Assembly: GCA_036787895.1 (NCBI GenBank)
Contig: DAIQOK010000014.1
Location: 5,415-69,414, forward strand
DNA from: Bacteroidota bacterium
GTDB lineage: Bacteria > Bacteroidota > Bacteroidia > UBA7662
Direction of reading: 5' to 3'
DNA length: 64,000 nt
Positions 9,634-20,236 of the stretch are shown here, one piece after another. Numbering within the stretch: position 1 is the first letter of the stretch; the number at the start of each line of letters is the position of its first letter. A model generated the notes under the pieces. It saw only the letters and a list, made by a program, of their open reading frames with translations. It had not been told where the DNA came from and did not search any database. The position numbers and the translations under genes are program-made.

Positions 9634-10890
9634 TTAAAAATCACGAAGATCACGACCCAGGAAGTCCATCACACAACGAAAACCGATGTACGATTTGGTT
9701 GTATCCTGGTATTCAAATGTACGAGTACTGGTTTGCACCATATAGCCAATGTCCTTCCAACTGCCACCACGTATTACTTTACGTTTCATGACAATGTCAT
9801 CTTCGTCTTTAGCCTCGTATTTATAATCGGGGTTCAAATCATGTACAGTAGAGTTTACCGACTCATCGAAAGCTGTTGATGTCCATTCAGCTACGTTGCC
9901 GGCCATATTGTACAAGCCAAAATCGTTCGGATTGTAGGCATAGGTTTTTACAGTATAGAAGCCTCCATCATCGGTGTAATTACCACGGCCTGGTTTGAAG
10001 TTAGCCAATAAACAACCTTTATCGTTTTTGATGTAAGGACCACCCCATGGATAAGGTGAACTCAAGTGACCACCACGTGCAGCCCACTCCCATTCAAATT
10101 CAGTAGGCAAACGGAAATCGCCTTGTTTCGACATACCGCGAGATACGCGATAAGTATTGAAAAGATGTGAACGCCAGGCAGCGAAAGCGTTGGCTTGCTC
10201 CCAACTTACACCAACTACCGGATAATCGTCGTAGGCAGGGTGAGAGAAATAAGCCTGTGCCTGTGGTTCGTTGTAGGAGAAGGCGAAATCGCGGGCCCAA
10301 ACCAAAGTATCGGGATAAACATTGACGGTTTTGGTCAGGATGAAATCGGTACGGGGTTTCGACTTATCCTTATTATCAGCGGCACCACGGATATCGAGTG
10401 TTTTGTAGGTAAAGTTTAATTTACGTACATCGAGTTCGAAACGGCCAAAAATCTGTTCATTTTCGGGGAAGAAGAGTTCCTGAACTTCCTCCAGTAATAT
10501 CGGATCACTCCAATCGAGTTTAATCTTCCAATCCAGGTATTCCTTGCCATAGTCGTCTTCTATGGTATTACCCAAAATGGTGTGAGCCAGGGAATCCCTC
10601 ACCCAATACACAAACTGGCGGTACTCGTTGTTCGATATTTCGGCATCATCCATATAGAAGGCCTTAATCGAAATCGTTTTGGTAACCTGGTTCTGGTTAA
10701 AAAATACGTCCTCATCGCTCTGACCAATTTGGAAACTACCTTGATTGATGAAAACTGTCCCGAAGGGTTCTGCCTGTGTCCATCTCGGACGGTCAGGTGC
10801 ACCCACCAGATCACCATTGTTCACGCGACCGCAAGATGCCATGAGAAGCACAGCACCGAAGATTGCGACATAAGATGTGATCTTATTCAT
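9634..10890 (-). CDS. gldK: gliding motility lipoprotein GldK (PorK), FGE-sulfatase fold
   Basis: Lipoprotein signal (LLMASCGR). Formylglycine-generating-enzyme-like motifs (VSWEQANAFAAW, RGGSWKD). First of the KLMN operon. Confidence 0.9.
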   Translation of the reverse strand: MNKITSYVAIFGAVLLMASCGRVNNGDLVGAPDRPRWTQAEPFGTVFINQGSFQIGQSDEDVFFNQNQVTKTISIKAFYMDDAEISNNEYRQFVYWVRDSLAHTILGNTIEDDYGKEYLDWKIKLDWSDPILLEEVQELFFPENEQIFGRFELDVRKLNFTYKTLDIRGAADNKDKSKPRTDFILTKTVNVYPDTLVWARDFAFSYNEPQAQAYFSHPAYDDYPVVGVSWEQANAFAAWRSHLFNTYRVSRGMSKQGDFRLPTEFEWEWAARGGHLSSPYPWGGPYIKNDKGCLLANFKPGRGNYTDDGGFYTVKTYAYNPNDFGLYNMAGNVAEWTSTAFDESVNSTVHDLNPDYKYEAKDEDDIVMKRKVIRGGSWKDIGYMVQTSTRTFEYQDTTKSYIGFRCVMDFLGRDLRDF

Positions 10891-11050
10891 TGATTGCCTT
10901 TTAAGATTAAAAGCGCCTTAAAATTAGGAAATTGAAACATTTCTAATTCTTTCAATTTGAAATATTTTGATTCCGGTGGTATTAAGGCAGGGTAAAATTA
11001 TGGTTAAAACTGAAATATTAAAGAATTAGGCTCAAAAATATTGTATTCCC

Positions 11051-11983
11051 TTACAAGAAACGTGGCGACCTGATGGTTACCTGAGGTTTAGGTGGGAACT
11101 TAATGTTGAAATCATAGCCAATGAAAATTTCATGGGAACCGGCATGGGCTCCACTCAATTTTCCCAGCGAATAGTCGTAAGAATAACCCATACGAACGTT
11201 TTTAGTAACATTCGCACCTACCATCAGTATACCAGCATCCATAGTGGTATATCCCAGACCTGCCCAGAATTTTTCCCGGAAGGTAGCCATGGCATTGATA
11301 TCAAATTGAGTAGCCGATCCATTGGAGCGGATGAAAAAGGAAGGGGTAATTTTGAAACTTTCTCCGGCAGGAATATGGTATCCGGCCGATACGAAATAGT
11401 TTCTGGCAAAGGTTTCTGAATATAAGCTGGGTCCTACGATCTGACTGATGGTGGGTTCGGTTAAACGGTTGGATGCGATATGAACAAACATATCGTCGTC
11501 GCTGTAATGTAAACCAAAACCTAAATCGAAAGTGTTACCCGCTGTATTGGCACCAGGAATACGAATATCACCGCTTTCATTGGGCTGCAATAAGGATCCT
11601 TTGAAACCAGTTTGCAACAAACCACCACTCAAACCAATACCCAGCGCACCGTTTAATATTGGTGTACGGTAAGCATAGGAAAGCTGAATGCTGGTGAAGT
11701 CATTCACGAAAATCTGGTCGCGCATTATGTTTAGACCAATACCGCCATGCAGCAACTTCACAGGAGCATGTATGCTCATATTGGTGGTTCGCGGACTGCC
11801 CCCGGGTATGTTCACCCACTGATACCTGTGTATCAAAAACGTGCTTATGGCTCCTCTTGAGCCAGCAACGCCGGGATTGAAAGAGAAATCATTAAACATA
11901 TAATGATTCCATTTCGGCTCCCTTTGGGCGCTAACATCCAGGTATAGCAAAGCGATTAAAGCTGTGAAAAGAAGCTTCTTCAT
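11051..11983 (-). CDS. PorP/SprF family type IX secretion outer-membrane protein
   Basis: Signal peptide, then KWNHYMFNDFSFNPGVAGS matching the PorP/SprF N-terminal signature (..QYMFN..NPA.AG). Beta-barrel C-terminus. Sits directly upstream of gldK. Confidence 0.75.
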   Translation of the reverse strand: MKKLLFTALIALLYLDVSAQREPKWNHYMFNDFSFNPGVAGSRGAISTFLIHRYQWVNIPGGSPRTTNMSIHAPVKLLHGGIGLNIMRDQIFVNDFTSIQLSYAYRTPILNGALGIGLSGGLLQTGFKGSLLQPNESGDIRIPGANTAGNTFDLGFGLHYSDDDMFVHIASNRLTEPTISQIVGPSLYSETFARNYFVSAGYHIPAGESFKITPSFFIRSNGSATQFDINAMATFREKFWAGLGYTTMDAGILMVGANVTKNVRMGYSYDYSLGKLSGAHAGSHEIFIGYDFNIKFPPKPQVTIRSPRFL

Positions 11984-12051
11984 TCAAAAATGTCGGTAGA
12001 TGCTTAGTAAAACAGCTTCTAAGTAACGGAAAGTATCCCTAATCCGCAATA

Positions 12052-12819
12052 CTACTTGTTTACTTTTTTGACATATTCTTCAATTGCCATGGTCATTGAC
12101 GGCGCTGTGGGCGTGGGCGCCGGCAAATCGAGCCGAAGATTATGTTCCAAAATGGCAGCATGGGTTTGACTACCAAAACCTGCTATTCTGGTGTTCTCCT
12201 GTACAAAATCAGGGAAATTTTCGAAAAGCGACTTGATACCGGATGGGCTGAAAAAGCACAACATATCATATTTGATATCGGCCAAGTCGGATAAATCACT
12301 TGACACTGTACGAAACATGACAGCTTGTTGAATATCGATGCCATTTTTTGCCGCTTCGCCAATGAAGCCACCCTTCATCACATCGGAACATGGCATTAAA
12401 AACTTCTCGGCTTTGTGTTTGAGCATAGATGGAATCAAATCTTCCATTTTGCCATCACCAAAGAAAATTTTCCGCTTACGCATTTGTATATACTTCTGTA
12501 CATACACGCCGATATTCTCAGAGATGCAAAAATATTTGGTCTCTGCAGGCATCTCTATCCGAAGTTCTTCACAAATGCGAAAAAAGTGGTCGATCGCATT
12601 CCGACTATTAAATAATATGGCCGTAAAGTCTGGGATGTTAATCTTATCGCGACGAAAATCACGAGCAGCTACACCATCCACCTTTATAAAAGGCCTGAAA
12701 TCAATCTTAATCCCATATTTCTTTGCTATGTCGAAATATGGCGACTTTTCTGAATCAGGTTTTGGTTGAGAAACAAGTATGCTCTTAACCTTCAGACTCG
12801 GTGTTTCCGGGTTAGACAT
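12052..12819 (-). CDS. hemD: uroporphyrinogen-III synthase (Bacteroidota-type HemD)
   Basis: SILVSQPKPDSEKSPYFDIAKKYGIKIDFRPFIKV is the conserved Bacteroidota HemD N-terminus. Length about 250 aa. Confidence 0.65.
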   Translation of the reverse strand: MSNPETPSLKVKSILVSQPKPDSEKSPYFDIAKKYGIKIDFRPFIKVDGVAARDFRRDKINIPDFTAILFNSRNAIDHFFRICEELRIEMPAETKYFCISENIGVYVQKYIQMRKRKIFFGDGKMEDLIPSMLKHKAEKFLMPCSDVMKGGFIGEAAKNGIDIQQAVMFRTVSSDLSDLADIKYDMLCFFSPSGIKSLFENFPDFVQENTRIAGFGSQTHAAILEHNLRLDLPAPTPTAPSMTMAIEEYVKKVNK

Positions 12820-13771
12820 TCAGCAATAATTTGGATATGATTAGCGTAGGTAAAATTTCGACGGTGCAAAAGTACAAAATAAAGTGGATGGTATTTGCCC
12901 CCAGCACCTGAGAAGTAATTCGTATGCCACGCAGATAACGCAATAAGACCGCGATTACAATGGCAATTATTGAGACGAACATAACAAGCCGTGCTATTTG
13001 AGCTGGGGCATAGTACAGCAAGGTGAGCACAGGTAACATCAATAAAGCGAGCAGACGATTCATCAAAAAAACCTGAGAGAGGTAATAGGAGACTTGTTCT
13101 TTCAATCCAAAAATCCGACCGATGAATTTGTAGAAAATATATTTCACGCTATAAATCAGTGTAATCAGTACAAAAAGCAACAACCAGCCCGCTTCGAAGT
13201 CGACCAGCAAACTTGAAATTCCGGCAGCCGACATCCATTGAATAAGAAACAGGCCGAAAAGCAAGTTGAATAAGAGTATATAGGCTACAGATGCAAAAGT
13301 GCGATTACTAACTTGTTCCCTGGCAAATTGAAGCGATAACCGATAATTCGTCAGGGCACGAAACATATTCTCGAAATAGTTGAAGTCCCGGTTTATGCCT
13401 ACCACCAAAACAAAAAATACCAGCAAAAGCAGGTAGAAAATATAGTCGGCCTCTTTCGATCTTGGCCAAGCCTCAACCAATAAGCGGGGATCGGGCACTT
13501 CTTTGAATCGCAGCCATTCCTTTTCTGTAATAGCTGTGAGCGCATAAATGCCAAAATAATTACCGGCAAAAACATCCCTGAAGTGCTGCGAATCGAATAA
13601 GGCTGTGTCGTACAGTGCCGGTGCAGTTGGATAAACTGCCTGTTGCGATAAACTGTCTGTGGCACGTAGTTCATTCGCCAACTGAGCATTGGCAGCAGTG
13701 GCAGTAATTATGAGAAGCAGAAACAGTACAATCAATCGTGGCATCAACTGCAAAAGTACGTAATGCATCAA
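12812..13771 (-). CDS. DUF4271-like polytopic membrane protein
   Basis: Multi-TM protein overlapping hemD by 8 bp. DUF4271 is the usual hemD neighbour in Bacteroidota; family assignment is from memory. Confidence 0.5.
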   Translation of the reverse strand: MMHYVLLQLMPRLIVLFLLLIITATAANAQLANELRATDSLSQQAVYPTAPALYDTALFDSQHFRDVFAGNYFGIYALTAITEKEWLRFKEVPDPRLLVEAWPRSKEADYIFYLLLLVFFVLVVGINRDFNYFENMFRALTNYRLSLQFAREQVSNRTFASVAYILLFNLLFGLFLIQWMSAAGISSLLVDFEAGWLLLFVLITLIYSVKYIFYKFIGRIFGLKEQVSYYLSQVFLMNRLLALLMLPVLTLLYYAPAQIARLVMFVSIIAIVIAVLLRYLRGIRITSQVLGANTIHFILYFCTVEILPTLIISKLLLNV

Positions 13772-15438
13772 AGCAAATAGCGATAACCCAAATGCACTTT
13801 TGCTGCGTTGAAGCGTATGGGATTCGAACGTTCACTACCCAGGGCATAAGCCAACGAAAAAATACCAGCATTGTTGGTAAAAGTAAGACCTGCACCAAAT
13901 CCAAACGGACGATCGGAATAGCTTTGTCCTATAGCCGCATTTTTGAGCCAGCCCCCGTTCCAAAAAACGTATAGCCAGCTTCCCCTATCCAGCAAAAAAC
14001 GTTGTTCAACATTCAAAAATGCATATTGAGAAGCATTAATCGATTGTTCATCAAATCCTTTTAATGTTTTAAAACCACCTAGTCGATAGAGCTCATTTTG
14101 GTACAAATCCTCAGTAAACAAAAACCGGCTATTCAGTTCAAATACGGTTATCCACTGCTTGCGCCAAGGCCAGTACAACTCAACATCGGCTTTGAACTGG
14201 TACTGCGGCCTACTGAACTCGGGCAAAGAAGCCGTAGCATTAATGCTGCGTTCTCCTGCACCGGCTCCCAAGCGAAAACGATAGCCTCGACTCGGGTTTA
14301 AGGCCCTGTCGAGCCGAAAACGCTGGTATTCCAAGCCAAACAAATTTCCGCCAACGCTGGCAAAACCAGGCCTTGGATTGGAGGTCAGTAAATCGTAAGA
14401 CCTGTTTTCAACAAATGCCCGGAACCAATCTGCACCACTGAGTATGTATTGTAAACCCAGATTACTCTGTATTTCCAAAAAGGTGGAGTCTCTTTTAAAT
14501 AAGGAGAAGTCGGCATCGATTGCCAAGGGTGTTTGGAACAAAAATGGCCAGGCCAGTTTTATTTTAAGATCCTGTGTGCCGGGTTGCAGACTCCTGAAGT
14601 TGAAGCCCAGTTGTTCGCCTTGTTTAAAAACACTCCACAGTTGCAGGTTAAGATCACCGGTTAAGAGTAGTTTGTTGTTGGCGCTGTTCGGGAACACGCC
14701 CAACATGCCATCGAAGTTGTTAGCGCGCTGACTTTGGGCATAGAGATATAGCTCGGCCCGGTCGTTAAGAAAATAAATTCGTGCAGCTTCACTTTCGGTC
14801 AGGTAAGGCAACGCAGCCAGCCGTCGGCTGATTTGGTTGATATTGTTTTGCCGATAAGGCTGGCCGGTATTCAATTGGAGATAATTCCGCAGAAAACGCT
14901 CACTTACACCGGCATTTCCTGCCAGGCGAATACCGGAATATTTTATCAGTGCTCCTCTTTCGAGTCTCAAAACGACGGAAATCTGCTTATCCCCGATCTC
15001 CAGACTATCAAAATATAAACGGGCGAAAGGGAAACCCTCGTTTTCGGCCAATCGCAAAAGTCCGTTGCAAAGTTGATCAAGTTGAGTCGGGTTCACCGGC
15101 CGGCCATCAAAGTAGCGGCTTTTGTAGCCGAGTGTCCGCAGCCAATCGCCCGTAATACCTGGATGTAACCGCAGCTGCAGCCAGCTGAATTGTACCCCAT
15201 CTTCCGAACAATAACTCAGGCTATCACCCGCCTTTGGCAGCAGCTGCGCACTGAGGAATCCGGATTGTTGTCGGCCTGCAAGAAACACCGACAAACGTTC
15301 AGTCAAATCGATACTATCGATTACCCTTTGTTCGAGCAAGAGTTTGTCGCTTTCGCAGTTATATATACGTAGCACCGACTGTCCGGTGGCAACCAACGAC
15401 AGCAGCATACTCGCTACGAACAAAAAAAGCAGCTTCAC
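13768..15438 (-). CDS. outer-membrane beta-barrel protein (Omp85/ShlB-like; family uncertain)
   Basis: Signal peptide, alternating beta-strand-rich C-terminal half ending in aromatic residues. Overlaps the DUF4271 gene by 4 bp, so the three genes form an operon. Confidence 0.35.
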   Translation of the reverse strand: MKLLFLFVASMLLSLVATGQSVLRIYNCESDKLLLEQRVIDSIDLTERLSVFLAGRQQSGFLSAQLLPKAGDSLSYCSEDGVQFSWLQLRLHPGITGDWLRTLGYKSRYFDGRPVNPTQLDQLCNGLLRLAENEGFPFARLYFDSLEIGDKQISVVLRLERGALIKYSGIRLAGNAGVSERFLRNYLQLNTGQPYRQNNINQISRRLAALPYLTESEAARIYFLNDRAELYLYAQSQRANNFDGMLGVFPNSANNKLLLTGDLNLQLWSVFKQGEQLGFNFRSLQPGTQDLKIKLAWPFLFQTPLAIDADFSLFKRDSTFLEIQSNLGLQYILSGADWFRAFVENRSYDLLTSNPRPGFASVGGNLFGLEYQRFRLDRALNPSRGYRFRLGAGAGERSINATASLPEFSRPQYQFKADVELYWPWRKQWITVFELNSRFLFTEDLYQNELYRLGGFKTLKGFDEQSINASQYAFLNVEQRFLLDRGSWLYVFWNGGWLKNAAIGQSYSDRPFGFGAGLTFTNNAGIFSLAYALGSERSNPIRFNAAKVHLGYRYLL

Positions 15439-15494
15439 CCTGCAAAACTAATTGGAAAATAGCATAAGCCTTTGGAACGTCAAACAGAAGTGCG

Positions 15495-17003
15495 ATGTTG
15501 CGGTTGTATGTATTTCGAAAACGTATGTTGACAGCCCAAATCAAAACCCTCGGTGCCTTGAAACAGGCCGGATACCAATCAAAATCGATCAAAGACGAAT
15601 TACGCGATAACCTCATCCAACAGCTTGAAAGTGGCAAAAACTTCTTTGAAGGCGTATATGGTTATGAGGATTCGGTAATTCCAGAATTGGAGCGTGCCAT
15701 ATTGGCCCGGCACAATGTGCTGCTGCTCGGTTTGCGCGGTCAGGCCAAAACCCGGCTGGCGCGTATGCTCACCGGCTTGCTTGATGAATACATTCCTTAT
15801 GTCTTCGGCAGCGAAATCAACGACGACCCCTTACGTCCAATATCCCGTTTCGCCATCGATCTCATAGAAGAAAGAGGCGACGACACCCCTATCGCCTGGC
15901 TGCATCGTGATGACCGATATACCGAAAAACTCGCCACACCCGATGTAACCGTAGCCGATCTGATTGGCGACAGCGACCCTATCAAAGCTGCTAACTTAAG
16001 ACTCTCCTATGCCGATGAGCGGGTAATCCACTTCGGTTTGGTGCCACGGGCCAACCGCTGTATTTTTGTCATCAACGAACTGCCCGATTTGCAAGCACGT
16101 ATACAAGTAGCCTTATTTAATATACTCCAGGAAGGCGACATTCAGATACGCGGTTTCAAATTGCGCTTGCCGCTCGATATACAATTCTTTTTCACCGCCA
16201 ACCCCGAAGATTACACCAATCGTGGTTCTATCGTTACCCCACTCAAAGACAGGATTGAAAGTCAGATCTTGACGCACTACCCCAAAAATTTGTCGATTGC
16301 CCGCAAAATCACTGCCCAGGAAGCAGCCTTGCTCAGCGCCCAGCGTGAACGGGTAGAAGTGCCTGATTTATTGCTCGATTTGGTGGAACAAATTGCCTTT
16401 GAAGCCCGGAGCAGTGAGTTTGTAGATCAAAAGAGTGGTGTTTCGGCCCGACTCACCATCGCCGCTTATGAGCAATTGGTGAGTAGCGCGGAGCGACGCG
16501 CCATCCGCAACAAAGAAAAGCAGACCATTGCACGTATTGGTGATTTGAGTGGTGTTTTGCCAGCCATAACCGGGAAAATCGAGCTTGTTTACGAAGGCGA
16601 ACAGGAAGGTGCTGCTTTGGTAGCTCGCACGCTGATTAAAAAATCAATCCGGACGCTTTTTGTTCATTATTTCCCTGATCCGGAACGCCTCAAGAAAAAA
16701 GCCGGAGAAAACCCTTATCAAACCGTATTACATTGGTTCGGAGAAGGACACAGTCTGGATCTCCTCCTAAACGATAGTGATGGCGCCTATGCTTCGGCAC
16801 TTGCCCAGGTTCCCGGTTTGGATGAGCTCATCGATCGATATCAAGCCGCCTGGCCGGCTTCTCAGCGTTTGATGTTAAAAGAATTTATCCTTCACGGTTT
16901 ATCCGAATACTCCTTATTGAGCAAACTTCAGCTCGAAACCCAAACCTCCTTTAAGGACCTGGTGAGCAGCATGTTTAATTTTGGTGAAGACGACGATACC
17001 TAA
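15495..17003 (+). CDS. ChlI/MoxR-like AAA+ ATPase (Mg-chelatase-like)
   Basis: LLLGLRGQAKTRLARML is a degenerate Walker A (AKT). The VINELPDL Walker B region and arginine-finger region resemble the ChlI family. Confidence 0.55.
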   Translation: MLRLYVFRKRMLTAQIKTLGALKQAGYQSKSIKDELRDNLIQQLESGKNFFEGVYGYEDSVIPELERAILARHNVLLLGLRGQAKTRLARMLTGLLDEYIPYVFGSEINDDPLRPISRFAIDLIEERGDDTPIAWLHRDDRYTEKLATPDVTVADLIGDSDPIKAANLRLSYADERVIHFGLVPRANRCIFVINELPDLQARIQVALFNILQEGDIQIRGFKLRLPLDIQFFFTANPEDYTNRGSIVTPLKDRIESQILTHYPKNLSIARKITAQEAALLSAQRERVEVPDLLLDLVEQIAFEARSSEFVDQKSGVSARLTIAAYEQLVSSAERRAIRNKEKQTIARIGDLSGVLPAITGKIELVYEGEQEGAALVARTLIKKSIRTLFVHYFPDPERLKKKAGENPYQTVLHWFGEGHSLDLLLNDSDGAYASALAQVPGLDELIDRYQAAWPASQRLMLKEFILHGLSEYSLLSKLQLETQTSFKDLVSSMFNFGEDDDT

Positions 17004-17029
17004 AACCAATTGTTTATTTCGTCAGACCC

Positions 17030-20000
17030 TTGCCCGGGAAGCAGGACTTTAGCACAAAGCCCTTATTTTCGGGCATGGCCTTTTTAGTCTACCGTGCTTC
17101 TGCCGGCTCCGGGAAAACCTATACCCTCGTACGCACCTATCTCGCCTTGGCACTCTCGGGCGACGACCCGGCGCATTTTCGCCACATCCTGGCCATAACC
17201 TTTACTAATAAGGCCGCTCAGGAGATGAAATCACGTATCATTGCAGCACTGGCCGAAATATCCGGTCAGCAGCCAGGCGATAGATTCAGCAGCATGGCCG
17301 CCGATTTGAGTACAGCGCTTGAGCTGACTCCAAAAGCCCTGAAATACCGCGCTGGACGAGTTTTTCAGGCCATTTTACACCGGTACCAGGATTTTTCTAT
17401 CAGCACCATTGATGCGTTTGTCGCCAAAATCGGGCGGAGTTTTGCCCGGGATTTACGGCTGCAGCAAGGATTTGAAATATTGCTCGACCAGCAACAAATC
17501 AAAGAACAGGCAGTCGATTTACTGCTATCACGTTTAGGCGAAGATAGAGCATTGACCAAAACCCTGGTCGCCTTTGCGCTGGAACAAACCGCCGACGACA
17601 AAAGCTGGGACATCCGCAAGTCGTTGATGGCATATTGTCAGGAGTTGTTTAAGGATGAAAGTCGGGTTTATCTCCCCTTGTTGGCCCAGTTAGATGAAAA
17701 CCAACTTCAGGAAAGCCGAAAAGCTTTACAGCAGCGCATTGCAAACTTTGAAGAAACCATTCAAGCTGCCGGAAACGTTGCTTTTCAAATCATTCAGGAA
17801 AGTGGTTTGGATTCGAGCTGTTTTGCCGGTGGTCAAAACGGTATCTATGGTTTTTTTAAAAAATGTGCTCAGGGAGATTTTGAAAAAATAACCGACACCG
17901 TTCGTAAAAACTTCGATAATGACAAATGGGCGGGAAGTAAAGTCAGCAAAAGTGAGCTGGCCGTGGTCGATGGTCTGGTGCCGGCATTACGCATCCAACT
18001 TACTAAAATCATCGACACCGTTGATACGTATAGTGCTGAATATCGCCTCTACAAAGCCATCCGCAAAACACTTTATGCCACTGCTACCCTCGGGCAATTA
18101 CACGAAGCCGTAGGCCAGGTACTCGATGAGCAGCAAGCCACCACCCTCAATGAACTGTACCACCGTATTGGTTTGCTACTCGCCGATGCTGCCACGCCTT
18201 TCATCTATGAGCGTTTGGGCAACCGTTATCAGCATTTTCTGATTGATGAGTTTCAGGATACCTCGTTGGTACAATGGCAGAATTTGGCTCCATTGGTGGA
18301 CAATGGCTTGTCGACCAACCACAGCAGCTTGCTGGTGGGCGACGCCAAGCAGGCTATTTACCGCTGGCGATCGGGCGAAGCCGGTCAGTTTGTGAATTTG
18401 CCGGAGCCTTATGGTCAGCAACCGGCTTATCCATCTTTTTACAACGCTTTTGAGCTGCACAATCTCGGCGACAATTACCGATCAGGTGAAACCATTATTC
18501 AATTCAACAACCGCTTTTTCCGTTTTTGGGCCGAACAGCTACCGGCACATCTTCAGAGCTACTATGCGGCACTGGAACAAAACCCCAAACGACCCGGTGG
18601 TTATGTATCCGTTCAATTGCTTGAAAAGGAGAAAGAAAAGGGCAAAAAAGAGATAAACAAGCGCGTTGAACTGATCATAAGCCAGATTCAGGATTTACTT
18701 CAACGTGGTTTTACCCCCGGCGATATGGCCGTGCTCGTGCGCAGCAATGCCACCGGGACAGTCGTTGCTTCCGCTTTGCTTCAAGCCAATTTACCTGTGG
18801 TCTCGGCCGATTCGCTGCTCTTAGGGAGTCATACCGATGTACAGTTTATTGTGCATTTGATTCGCTGGCTGTACAAGGACGATGAATTGGCCGAAGCAGC
18901 CATCAAATACCAACTAAGTCTGGATGGTACTCTACCAAATACGCCTTTATATAAGTTGCTGCTTGAAATCGATACCGACTGGCAAAAACAACACTGGTTG
19001 GCACTTCCATTGTATGAGTTGGCCGAACAGTTGCTCGACTTTTTCGGACTCAATACCTTAGCTGACCCTTTTATTTCGGCCTTGCTCGATCAGCTCCACC
19101 AGTTCGGGCAGCAGCCAGATGCCACCACCGATGCCTGGCTCAATTGGTGGGATGAAAAAGGCCATAAAACAGCGGTTACTTTGCCTGAGGGTTTGCATGC
19201 TATTCAGGTTATGACCATTCACAAAGCGAAAGGATTGGAATTCCCGGTCGTTTTTCTTCCCGAAACCGATCCGGCAACAAGCAAACTGGGTGTGAACAGC
19301 AGTTGGATTCCTTTGCCAGAAACCCTTCCCCTACCCATCGCTTATGTAAATATGAGCGATCTGCAGGCTGCTCCGCCGGAATATGCTGCTTTGTACGAAG
19401 AAGAACAGCATAAAACCCAACTCGATTTCATCAATACCATTTATGTAGCCTGTACACGTGCTTCGGTAGCGCTGTTTATTTATGCAGCCCAGGCCAATAC
19501 CGACTCCAAAGCCAGCACCAAAGGTTTTAGCACCATCTTCAGGCTTTTTAAAGGTGAGAGTACTGCAACGGAAGAAAGCTATACTTATGGCCAGTTGCCG
19601 GATACTTATTCATCCAAAAATTCCGGCAACGACCAACCGCATTCTGGCAAACATCCCTATAACGTCTGGCGGGAGCAATTGAGGCTGTCGACCAAATTCC
19701 GAGCTGCCGACACCCTGGATGATCAACCCGCGTTGCGGCGTGGCCGACTCGCCCACCAGTTGCTGGCAAAACTGAAGCAGCCGGCCGAACTCCCCTCCTT
19801 GCTGGCTGCGGCCATAGAGGCTGGTAATCTGAGTCGGGAAGAAGCTGAAGAATTGTCGAATGTATTGCAGGCAAAACTCAATGAAACTGCCGTTGCTGTC
19901 TATTTTGATCCGAATGGTCAGTTGTTAAACGAGGCCGCCATCATTGGCCCGGCTACCAATCTTCGTCCCGACCGGGTACTGCTTGTAGGTAATGAAGCGC

Positions 20001-20125
20001 GGGTGCTGGAGTACAAAACCGGCCAGCCCGATGTCAAACACCAGCACCAACTCGATGGATATCTGGAAAAATTAAGGGAGATGGGGTATCAGGCCAGTGG
20101 GCGTTTGCTTTATATAGACCAGTAG
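17030..20125 (+). CDS. UvrD/AddA-like helicase fused to C-terminal PD-(D/E)XK nuclease
   Basis: Walker A SAGSGKTYTL. UvrD motifs (FLIDEFQDTS, VGDAKQAIYRWR). C-terminal DRVLLVG...EYKTG nuclease motif. 1031 aa. Confidence 0.7.
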   Translation: MPGKQDFSTKPLFSGMAFLVYRASAGSGKTYTLVRTYLALALSGDDPAHFRHILAITFTNKAAQEMKSRIIAALAEISGQQPGDRFSSMAADLSTALELTPKALKYRAGRVFQAILHRYQDFSISTIDAFVAKIGRSFARDLRLQQGFEILLDQQQIKEQAVDLLLSRLGEDRALTKTLVAFALEQTADDKSWDIRKSLMAYCQELFKDESRVYLPLLAQLDENQLQESRKALQQRIANFEETIQAAGNVAFQIIQESGLDSSCFAGGQNGIYGFFKKCAQGDFEKITDTVRKNFDNDKWAGSKVSKSELAVVDGLVPALRIQLTKIIDTVDTYSAEYRLYKAIRKTLYATATLGQLHEAVGQVLDEQQATTLNELYHRIGLLLADAATPFIYERLGNRYQHFLIDEFQDTSLVQWQNLAPLVDNGLSTNHSSLLVGDAKQAIYRWRSGEAGQFVNLPEPYGQQPAYPSFYNAFELHNLGDNYRSGETIIQFNNRFFRFWAEQLPAHLQSYYAALEQNPKRPGGYVSVQLLEKEKEKGKKEINKRVELIISQIQDLLQRGFTPGDMAVLVRSNATGTVVASALLQANLPVVSADSLLLGSHTDVQFIVHLIRWLYKDDELAEAAIKYQLSLDGTLPNTPLYKLLLEIDTDWQKQHWLALPLYELAEQLLDFFGLNTLADPFISALLDQLHQFGQQPDATTDAWLNWWDEKGHKTAVTLPEGLHAIQVMTIHKAKGLEFPVVFLPETDPATSKLGVNSSWIPLPETLPLPIAYVNMSDLQAAPPEYAALYEEEQHKTQLDFINTIYVACTRASVALFIYAAQANTDSKASTKGFSTIFRLFKGESTATEESYTYGQLPDTYSSKNSGNDQPHSGKHPYNVWREQLRLSTKFRAADTLDDQPALRRGRLAHQLLAKLKQPAELPSLLAAAIEAGNLSREEAEELSNVLQAKLNETAVAVYFDPNGQLLNEAAIIGPATNLRPDRVLLVGNEARVLEYKTGQPDVKHQHQLDGYLEKLREMGYQASGRLLYIDQ

Positions 20126-20236
20126 TCGGGTGAATTTATTGTCTCAGCTTTTTGATCATTGTTGAGTCTGTTTGTATTCCTTGAGAAGGAAACAATGTTT
20201 TTAATACAGATAGGCTATAAAAACAGCCAATGAATG

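Noticed and set aside
12183-12769. Several 60-143 aa ORFs on both strands inside hemD
   Set aside because: Overlap the conserved HemD frame. AT-rich antisense frames.
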